Shown piece after piece: positions 21,136-27,720 of a DNA stretch of 64,000 nucleotides; positions within the stretch are counted from its first letter, which is position 1; each line of letters starts with the position of its first letter. The position numbers were made by a program, and so were the translations under genes. Under the pieces are notes generated by a model. The model did not search any database and had not been told where the DNA came from. It worked only from the letters and a program-made list of their open reading frames with translations. This stretch comes from Rubripirellula sp. (GTDB lineage Bacteria > Planctomycetota > Planctomycetia > Pirellulales > Pirellulaceae), in NCBI GenBank assembly GCA_965216875.1, contig OZ244207.1:1312001-1376000 (forward strand), in the 5' to 3' direction.

Positions 21136-22155
21136 CTAGCGGCGGCGAGGTTGGTTTCGGCGAGGATGAATCCGCCAGTATTCCTCTTCGCTCATGCCTT
21201 CGTTTTCATCGCCAATTGCCAGCAGCGAACCGTCGTCAGAGCCTTCACGAAGGACACCGACGAGGCTTCCAAGGTCGAACTTGTGATCCTCGCCACTGAG
21301 GCAGATGCCTGCGACATGCAACGACAAGTCGCTCTTGGCGACCGACGACGTGTACCGTGCACCGTCAACGTTGAACGTGACACGGTAGCTATCGTTGCGT
21401 TCCATGTAGTCGACCAATTCGGCGCCCGCGTGGGACAACGATTCGTACAACCTTTGCTGATGCATGTCCGCGAAATGGAGTTCGTTCCTTTCCTGTGTTT
21501 CCACACGGAATTCGGAGCGACGTCCCGGTCGGTCACGCGTCCGGTTGGGTTGAGTCAGCCCCAAGTAGTTCCACTCGTATGCCGCCCGCTGCGCGGCGGT
21601 CAGTCCTGGCCGATCGAGCTCCTTGGGTGGCGTTCGCTCCAGCAGGTGTTCGCGCAGCGCCGCCGGCGCGGCCAAGTCGCCTCGCAGGACCAGCTCGTCA
21701 TACCAGAATCGAACGCCGTCAAAACGGACCGAGATCGAATCGAACAACTGCACGTCTTGGCAAAGTGCAATGGGAACGAGCCCTTGGACGTGAATGCGAC
21801 GATCGCCTTGGTGGGCAAGCGTCGCCAGCCACTGGCCCGCTTGGGTTTGGGCGTCACGCCCGACAGCCTTTTGGGTCAGGATCATCTGCAGTCGCGGGAA
21901 AAGATCGAGGTAGCTGCGTCGCTGCATGAGCGAAGCTTCACGCACCAGAACCGCTTCCCGGTGTGACAATGGCGAAAAGACGCCCCAGCCTTCGAAGTCA
22001 TCGGGGGCAACCGCTAGCGTGCACATCACGCCGGCGATGCGGACGCGCACAACGCCCCCGGCTGCGACCGGCGCAAGAAACTCGCTCTGCAAGAATTGAT
22101 TTTCCTGCTCAGCGAGTCGCTTCATCTTTTCGAAGAGGCTGGTGTTTCGCTTCAT
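21136..22155 (-). CDS. hypothetical protein with C-terminal AGICLSG motif (candidate E2-like conjugating enzyme)
   Basis: 339-aa ORF directly upstream of the E1; beta-rich C-terminal domain followed by HVAGICLSGED and an amphipathic helix. The E2 assignment is inference; start MKRNTS. Confidence 0.6.
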   Translation of the reverse strand: MKRNTSLFEKMKRLAEQENQFLQSEFLAPVAAGGVVRVRIAGVMCTLAVAPDDFEGWGVFSPLSHREAVLVREASLMQRRSYLDLFPRLQMILTQKAVGRDAQTQAGQWLATLAHQGDRRIHVQGLVPIALCQDVQLFDSISVRFDGVRFWYDELVLRGDLAAPAALREHLLERTPPKELDRPGLTAAQRAAYEWNYLGLTQPNRTRDRPGRRSEFRVETQERNELHFADMHQQRLYESLSHAGAELVDYMERNDSYRVTFNVDGARYTSSVAKSDLSLHVAGICLSGEDHKFDLGSLVGVLREGSDDGSLLAIGDENEGMSEEEYWRIHPRRNQPRRR

Positions 22156-22185
22156 TGGAGTGGGGGTGCTTTGAGGGTTAACCAC

Positions 22186-22225
22186 GTAGGCCGGATCAAG
22201 GAGCGACAGCGACGCAGATCCGGCA
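22186..22225 (+). repeat. GTAG-type REP element inside the cluster
   Basis: GTAGGCCGGATCAAGGAGCGACAGCGACGCAGATCCGGCA, the exact reverse complement of 5184-5223. Confidence 0.9.
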
Positions 22226-22235
22226 CGGTCTGGTC

Positions 22236-23072
22236 CTACGACAGCGACGCTTCAATGCACAGCTGCGCCGTCAATTCCGTCGTCGTGACGGCACTTTGCA
22301 GCGTTGCGAAGTCAAACGAATCATCATCGACTCCGGCCTGATCGAGCACCTTCGTGATCGAGTCGTCGTTTAAACGCATGCCCGCTCGCAGGAAGTCACC
22401 GCCCGTCTTCTGGTAATGACGGGCCTGGGGCACACGGGTTCGCTTGAGCCAAAGGTGACTGATCACGTGATACACGTTGCCCGCGCCCCACGCGAATCGG
22501 GCGGAGACGACCGGAGCCTGGTACTTGAGCATCAACTCGTGGCTCGCCGCTTCGACTTCCACCTTGTCGTGGTCGAGCACCGCGATGGGGTAGCTTGCAG
22601 CTTCAAGCCACCATTGCGGGTCGGCGCCAAGAACAACCACGCCGCTCCACAGGCTGTCGTTGTTGGGTTCAACCCCGACTACTTCGTCAGCGCTACTGTG
22701 CCCCTTGCTGTGCGCGATCGTTCCGGGAAACGACGGCTGCACAACGGTTCTCAAGGACCAGTCGGTCGAAATGAGCCAGCCGCCGTCACGAACAAAGGGT
22801 TCCGCGTTCTTCTTCAACGCGTGACTTGCGCTACTGGAACAGTTAGCAAACAGGATCTTTGCCTTGGCGAGGCCCTTGGCACTGACTCCGGTCCGGTGCG
22901 GCACCTTGAGACGCTTGAGCACTTCTTCCGCACTGTCGTAGGTGCCCGGGTTGACGGAGACATCGTCCGCTTGCAATCGACACAACGCCTCGTGACGTTG
23001 TGGCGTTTGCAGGGCGAGTCGCTCGCGAACGGCAATTGCGGCAAGGTCATACGCCCGAGCCATCTTGTTCAT
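22236..23072 (-). CDS. hypothetical protein, probable class I glutamine-amidotransferase-like (ThuA-like) fold
   Basis: ILFANC, FVRDGGWLISTDW and WGAGNVYHVISH resemble the 'FV..GG.L' and 'G.G.V' elements of GATase1-like folds. Confidence 0.55.
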   Translation of the reverse strand: MNKMARAYDLAAIAVRERLALQTPQRHEALCRLQADDVSVNPGTYDSAEEVLKRLKVPHRTGVSAKGLAKAKILFANCSSSASHALKKNAEPFVRDGGWLISTDWSLRTVVQPSFPGTIAHSKGHSSADEVVGVEPNNDSLWSGVVVLGADPQWWLEAASYPIAVLDHDKVEVEAASHELMLKYQAPVVSARFAWGAGNVYHVISHLWLKRTRVPQARHYQKTGGDFLRAGMRLNDDSITKVLDQAGVDDDSFDFATLQSAVTTTELTAQLCIEASLS

Positions 23073-23138
23073 GATCTGTAGTTTCCTTTTTGTTTGATTG
23101 TTGGGTTAGGGTCTGAGGGCTCACAGACATTCTTCTTC

Positions 23139-23249
23139 CTCGTTCCCAAGCTCTGCGTGGAAACGCACTCTCGGACGCTCCGCGTCCCCTTAGGCGTGCG
23201 GGCCGCAGAGCGGCAAGTCGTCTGTTCCCACGCGGAGCGAGGGAACAAG
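23139..23249. repeat. MITE/REP-like element with imperfect terminal inverted repeats
   Basis: CTCGTTCCCAAGCTCTGCGTGGAAAC ... GTTCCCACGCGGAGCGAGGGAACAAG. Confidence 0.7.
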
Positions 23250-23375
23250 AGCCGTGAGCCTGAACTCGGAACGCCCGTCATGCGGAGCATGACCTACGAA
23301 AAGGCGCTCAAAAGTGCCGCTGCCCGATTCGTTTGAAAGGGGCAGCGGCATCGTGTTGCTCATGCACTTGCTCGC

Positions 23376-24980
23376 TCACGCACTCTTTCGAGCGGGAAGC
23401 GGGAAGTCCATGATTTCCATCAACAGCTCGAGCTTGCTTGGTCGCGAGAGCATTGGGATCAAGTTCGGCAACGAGTAGTAGTCGCCCGAGAACTGGAAGA
23501 TGTCGATCGGGATCTTTTCCCGTCCGCACAACTTTTCCAGGTAGCTGCTGCCACCCGGCGTACGAACGATAAAGAGCGACGGATCGCACTTCATGGTTTC
23601 TCGGTATTCACGCAATGCCGTCACGAAGGGCGGCGGCGTGTTCTCTTCCTCGTCGGTGATCATGATGATCTGCTCAACATAGATCTCCTTCATCGTCAGT
23701 GCCTTGATGGCAACGCCACACGACGTGCATCCGCCTGCGGTGATGCCTTCCATCGCACGTTCCCAATCAGCCAAGCTCTGACCTTCCGGAACGATCGGGT
23801 AGGGCACGGTATCGAAGGCGAACGTGTAAAGCTCGCTTTCGCAAACGGCCGAGATCATCGCACCGATCCGCTTACCCAACTCGATTGCCTGTTCCATCGA
23901 AGACGACTTGTCGATCAACAGCGCCGTTGGACGCTTGATTCGACCCTTCGCCTTGACTTGTGCATCGGCAACTTCGTCAAGTTGGTCACGGAGTGCACCG
24001 TCGACGCCCGTCGCTTCGATTGCCTTCTTGGCCTTGAAAGCACTCACACGACTTGCGTTCTTGGCGTCACCCAGCTTTGCCTCAACCAATTCCTTGATCT
24101 CGGGGACATTCATTGCGCCTCGACGCTTGAGCATTCCCAGGTTGTTGATCAATTCCTGTGGGCTCATCTGATCGACGAGTGCCAACAGGACCGTTGGCGT
24201 CATCTGGTGAATCACCGTCGACGCGATTCGGTAAGGAATTCGGTGCTGAACGATGGCCTCCGCCTGTTCGGCTGGACTCTTGGCTTGCGCGAGAACGCGC
24301 AGCGCGTAGAGTCGGCTGTCAGGAGGTGGTTGATCGTCGAACAGAATCTGCTGAGCGCGGTCGCCAGGCTTGATGTGCAGCAAAGCGTAAAGACGCTTCA
24401 TTGCCTTTCGAGCTGCCAGCACGCTACCATCGAACCAATCGTCGTCCGCTTCACGTTCTCGCAAGTAACGCGTGATTTCGGTCTTCATTGCGCGCGGAAC
24501 GTTACGGAACAGTCCGAATTGCTCGGTGATCGTTTCGGCATCGCTCGGCTTTGCCTTAGACTTCGTTGAAGCCTTGGCAGTCGTGCCGAGGACTTGACGT
24601 GCGACATCGCGACGCCCCTTGCGGGAAGCCTGTGCAAGGGCCTTGGCCTTTTCACCCTTGCGAATCTTGCGCGTCTTCTTGACACCCGAGATGAAGTTGA
24701 CAACGCGAATCACCTGGTAAGGAGGCAGTTCACGCAACATCGCCAAACCGACTTCGCGGTGTCCCGAGAAGTCCGAAAGGACCAAGTTGATGATGAACAT
24801 TTCCTTGTGGTCGCGCACGTCGCCACTCTCGCTGTACCAAGCACCAAGACGCACGTAGAAACGCGGGTCCTTGGTGATCAGGTCCGAGTGGACTTGCCAA
24901 ATCGATTCGAGGTCTCGGTGGGGCGTCGTCAACAGGGTGTTGAGGATGCCAAGTCGAAGATCCTGTTCCGTCGTTACCAT
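23376..24980 (-). CDS. divergent Ro60/Rsr-like protein (helical TROVE-like region plus C-terminal vWA domain)
   Basis: 534 aa, the size of Ro60. All-helical N-terminal two-thirds with DPRFY..L..W....VRD and 'MSPQELINNLGML'; vWA MIDAS TALLIDKSSSM, GGCT and IIMITDEEEN; adjacent to Y-RNA-like genes. Confidence 0.72.
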   Translation of the reverse strand: MVTTEQDLRLGILNTLLTTPHRDLESIWQVHSDLITKDPRFYVRLGAWYSESGDVRDHKEMFIINLVLSDFSGHREVGLAMLRELPPYQVIRVVNFISGVKKTRKIRKGEKAKALAQASRKGRRDVARQVLGTTAKASTKSKAKPSDAETITEQFGLFRNVPRAMKTEITRYLREREADDDWFDGSVLAARKAMKRLYALLHIKPGDRAQQILFDDQPPPDSRLYALRVLAQAKSPAEQAEAIVQHRIPYRIASTVIHQMTPTVLLALVDQMSPQELINNLGMLKRRGAMNVPEIKELVEAKLGDAKNASRVSAFKAKKAIEATGVDGALRDQLDEVADAQVKAKGRIKRPTALLIDKSSSMEQAIELGKRIGAMISAVCESELYTFAFDTVPYPIVPEGQSLADWERAMEGITAGGCTSCGVAIKALTMKEIYVEQIIMITDEEENTPPPFVTALREYRETMKCDPSLFIVRTPGGSSYLEKLCGREKIPIDIFQFSGDYYSLPNLIPMLSRPSKLELLMEIMDFPLPARKSA

Positions 24981-25250
24981 TGCTGCGATTCATCTCCTGG
25001 GAAGAAAGGGGATCGCGGTCATGCAACGTGCAATGCAACGCACCACCATGAGTCGGCAGAGTTACCGACGCAAATGAAGTGTTTCGTGCGTGCGCGACCG
25101 CGTTGAAAAACGATGCGGGTCAAGCCGAGTCGCGCTGGGACTCAAAGAGAACGAGTGACTCAAAGAGAATAATGTGCGCCGTGTGATCGACTCTTGCCGC
25201 GACCGAGGGCCGCAAAATCGATTGACGGCCGTCGAGTCAAGCTAAGAGAA

Positions 25251-25390
25251 ATTGTCCGTACAAGTTGCGAGAGCCATGACTCTCCCAGGGTGTTTCATTC
25301 TTGAAAGCGGGAGAGGAAGGATTCGAACCTTCGACAGGAGTTTCCCCCAGTCTTGCCGTTTGTATGCTCGTACCATTGGGTACGGACAAT
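25251..25390 (-). ncRNA. Y RNA/YrlA-like tRNA-mimic RNA, copy 3 (no D arm; tRNA-Ser-like variable arm)
   Basis: 11-bp terminal stem AUUGUCCGUAC/GUACGGACAAU; shared CCAAUG..GAGC.UACAAAC and GCUC....AACUU motifs; T arm GAAGG-UUCGAAU-CCUUC; looped acceptor stem CUCUCCC/GGGAGAG. Confidence 0.75.
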
Positions 25391-25498
25391 GGGTTGGTAT
25401 TGGATGCAGCGGCGGTGGTTTTTGAATCGATCATTGAATTGCTGCTGCCTCCTAAACTGATAGAGACGCGTGTGCTAGGAAATCGAACCAAGAAAAAT

Positions 25499-25663
25499 TC
25501 CCGTACAAGTCACCAAAGCGATCAAAACAAAGTGCTCTGCCAATTGAGCTACTGGCCGTTTGGGTTGCCGAATTGCAACGGCGAGTCGGCCAGGAAGGAT
25601 TCGAACCCTCAACCACTCCATTAACAATGGTTAGTTTGTAAGCTTCTGTCGTTGGGTACGGGA
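25499..25663 (-). ncRNA. Y RNA/YrlA-like circularly permuted tRNA mimic, copy 2 (anticodon loop UU-GUU-AA)
   Basis: Terminal stem UCCCGUAC/GUACGGGA. Order: anticodon hairpin, variable loop UGGUU, T arm GAGGG-UUCGAAU-CCUUC, acceptor CUGGCCG/CGGCCAG closed by a linker, then UA and D arm GCUC-AAUUGGCA-GAGC. Confidence 0.85.
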
Positions 25664-25710
25664 TGGATCAAGGATCTCTTTGTGTGGTTTGGTGTTGAAA
25701 CGTTCGAGGT

Positions 25711-25859
25711 GCCGTACAAGTCGCTCAAGCGCGAAACTAAGTGCTCTGCCAACTGAGCTACAACGGCGGCGTTATCGTGAAGCGCCGTTGGCGGGACTCG
25801 AACCCGCGGCCTCTTCCTTCAGAGGGAGTTGTTTGTAGGCTTGTTTCGTTGGGTACGGC
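25711..25859 (-). ncRNA. Y RNA/YrlA-like circularly permuted tRNA mimic, copy 1 (anticodon loop CU-CUG-AA)
   Basis: Terminal stem GCCGUAC/GUACGGC; variable loop AGGCC; T arm GCGGG-UUCGAGU-CCCGC; acceptor CAACGGC/GCCGUUG closed by a linker; UA and D arm GCUC-AGUUGGCA-GAGC. Confidence 0.85.
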
Positions 25860-25895
25860 CCAAGAACGAATTCGCTTTGCCGGAAAGACGTTTCG

Positions 25896-26123
25896 TTAAC
25901 CGAAGACGGCTTCCGGACGCAGAGTCAAATTGCCTGTTTGATGTCGGTCGACAACGTAATGGACAAACTTGGCCTGCGCAACGTCCAGGTAAGTCGCCAA
26001 TGCTGACTTGACATCTTGGTCGCTTGACATTGTTCCAACGTCAAGGTCGGCCATGGGGATGTCCCAGCTTCGGCCATCAAACCGGACGTGAAGGACCGGT
26101 GCATTTTGAGTTGCTGCAACCAT
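25896..26123 (-). CDS. small ubiquitin-like (beta-grasp) protein ending in Gly
   Basis: 75 aa with a GGAGGTG RBS. Predicted order: strand VLHVRF, strand RSWDIP, helix SDQDVKSALATYL, strand YVVDRH, strand NLTLRP, tail EAVFG-stop. Same cluster as an E1/ThiF. Confidence 0.7.
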   Translation of the reverse strand: MVAATQNAPVLHVRFDGRSWDIPMADLDVGTMSSDQDVKSALATYLDVAQAKFVHYVVDRHQTGNLTLRPEAVFG

Positions 26124-26145
26124 GATCACCTCCAAACTTGAAAAA

Positions 26146-26183
26146 ACTTCAACAACGTGATGCGTTGTTTGTTGAAGTAAAAG
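26146..26183 (-). promoter_or_regulatory. inverted repeat immediately upstream of the Ubl RBS (operator or terminator/attenuator)
   Basis: ACTTCAACAA-N13-TTGTTGAAGT (26146-26178), followed on the minus strand by a U-run and then the RBS. Confidence 0.5.
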
Positions 26184-26238
26184 ACAGGGCTGGGCAAAGG
26201 AGGTTCGCGAGAATTGTGGTGGTGCGACTTGCCAGTTT

Positions 26239-26293
26239 GTAGTACCGGCTTCAGCCGGATTGGCCTGAAGATTCCGGCTGAAGCCGGTACTAC
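26239..26293. repeat. GTAG-type REP inverted repeat (21-bp arms)
   Basis: GTAGTACCGGCTTCAGCCGGA ... TCCGGCTGAAGCCGGTACTAC. Confidence 0.85.
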
Positions 26294-26306
26294 GAACGGC
26301 GCTTCG

Positions 26307-27203
26307 CTACGGTCGCGTTGCGACGGCGTCGTGAATCACCTTCAAGATTCGCTCGCGTTCTTCGCCCACCAGCGGCATTCGTGGCGCTCGCACTCGCTCG
26401 CTACCGAACCCGAGTTCGCTGCAAGTGAGTTTGATGTACTGAACCAGTTTGGGGTGGCTGTCAAAGTGCAGCAGTGGCATGTACCAACGGTAAACCGCGA
26501 GCGCTTTGGCGTAGTCACCTGCCATTGCAGCGTCCCACAGCAGGCGGTTTTCGCGTGGGAACGCATCGACGAGTCCAGAAATCCAACCGGTGCAACCAAG
26601 CAGGATGCTCTCGAGGGCAACATCGTCTAAGCCCGAAAAGATGAGGTAGCGATCTCCGAGCGCGTTGAACAAATCGGTGATGCGCCGGACGTCGCCCGAT
26701 GCTTCTTTGATGCAAACGATGTTTTCGACATCGGCCATTTCCTGGAACATTTCTGGCGTGATGTCGACGCGATAGACGGGCGGGTTGTTGTAGCACATGA
26801 TCGGCAAACGGGTTGAGTTTGCGACCGTGCGAAAATGATTGACGGTCTCTCGGCCGTCGGAGTTGTAGACCATGCCCGGCATGACCATCAAACCGTCAAG
26901 GCCAACCTCTTGGCAAACGGCCGCGGTTTCGCATGCGTTCTTTGTCGTGAACTCAGCCACGCCGCTGAGGATAGGAACCTTGCCACCGGCAACGTCGACT
27001 GTTGTCTTGAGGACTTCACGTTTTTCGTCGAGCGAGAGCGAGCAGTTTTCGCCGATCGTTCCGAGCATGACCAAACCGTGGACTCCACCATCAAGCAGGG
27101 CTTCGACGTGTTGGGCGGTCGCTTCAAGATCGAGTGAGAAATCGTCTTTGAATTGCGTGGGGACGGCGGGGAAAACTCCCTGCCAATCAACTTGCATGGG
27201 CAT
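26307..27203 (-). CDS. dihydrodipicolinate synthase/N-acetylneuraminate lyase family protein (resembles the hydroxyproline-pathway deaminase type)
   Basis: GVFPAVPTQF, GLVMLGTIGE, IMCYNNP, CIKEASGD (Schiff-base Lys) and GWISGL. Confidence 0.85.
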   Translation of the reverse strand: MPMQVDWQGVFPAVPTQFKDDFSLDLEATAQHVEALLDGGVHGLVMLGTIGENCSLSLDEKREVLKTTVDVAGGKVPILSGVAEFTTKNACETAAVCQEVGLDGLMVMPGMVYNSDGRETVNHFRTVANSTRLPIMCYNNPPVYRVDITPEMFQEMADVENIVCIKEASGDVRRITDLFNALGDRYLIFSGLDDVALESILLGCTGWISGLVDAFPRENRLLWDAAMAGDYAKALAVYRWYMPLLHFDSHPKLVQYIKLTCSELGFGSERVRAPRMPLVGEERERILKVIHDAVATRP

Positions 27204-27414
27204 GAGGATGTCTCGAGCGTGGTGGATGGAAGGTTGGCGATGGAAAGAGAATGCCGACTGGCATCTTCGAGGCGGGAAGGGCAATAGTCTAGCTCTTCGT
27301 TTCGCCGGGGCGAACCCTGGGTGCCGCATCAACGCGAACGCGAGATTTCTGCGCCTTTTGATCACTCCAGCGGGCGACAACATTGAACTAGAATGGACGT
27401 CCCGACCTAAGTCC

Positions 27415-27720
27415 ATGCCGGAAAAGGAACTCAAGTTGCTCGACTACTTTGCGCTCATTGTGCTCGTTGTTTTGTTTGCAGCCGCCATTGCGATATGGGT
27501 GGTACTTGGCATGATGCCTGGCAAGATCGCTCGAAGTCGCAATCACCCTCAAGCCGACGCGATCAACGTGTGCGGATGGTGGGGTGTGCTGACGATGGGG
27601 ATCCTGTGCCCACTGGCTTTCATCTGGGCCTACAGCAGACCGATCAATGTGGTCGCAACCAAGCCTAAAGATGACTCGGGCGAATGCGATGACGCGCGCG
27701 AAGAAGGAGCCGAGGGATGA
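27415..27720 (+). CDS. DUF3302 (YibI/YiaW-like) small membrane protein
   Basis: LDYFAL, PGKIARSRNHPQADAI..GW and PLAFIWAY; sits upstream of HlyD as in yibIH/yiaWV pairs. Confidence 0.85.
   Translation: MPEKELKLLDYFALIVLVVLFAAAIAIWVVLGMMPGKIARSRNHPQADAINVCGWWGVLTMGILCPLAFIWAYSRPINVVATKPKDDSGECDDAREEGAEG

Noticed and set aside
25021..25050. Sigma-54 promoter upstream of the Ro-like gene (TGG...TTGC, TTGCA repeats)
   Set aside because: GG-to-GC spacing is 9 or 11 nt rather than the required 10.
25237..25624. ORF-track ORFs 25237-25491 (-) and 25301-25624 (+)
   Set aside because: They overlap the structured RNAs and have no convincing RBS or recognisable protein features.
25251..25859. Ordinary tRNA genes or tRNA pseudogenes (strong T-loop and D-loop matches)
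   Set aside because: The arms are in permuted order (T arm before D arm), the acceptor end is closed by a linker with no CCA, and each unit is wrapped in a shared non-tRNA stem. Pairing a D arm with the next unit's T arm would need an insert of over 100 nt and the acceptor strands would not match.
25251..25859. CRISPR array (recurrent CCGTACAAGT / TTGGGTACGG motifs)
   Set aside because: The motifs are short, occur as inverted pairs with irregular spacing and structured interiors, and no cas genes are present.
26307..27203. True dapA, or membership of the Ro/Ubl cluster
   Set aside because: The GTIGE motif differs from the DHDPS GTTGE motif, and the gene is separated from the cluster by a REP hairpin and a second hairpin; probably an unrelated neighbour.
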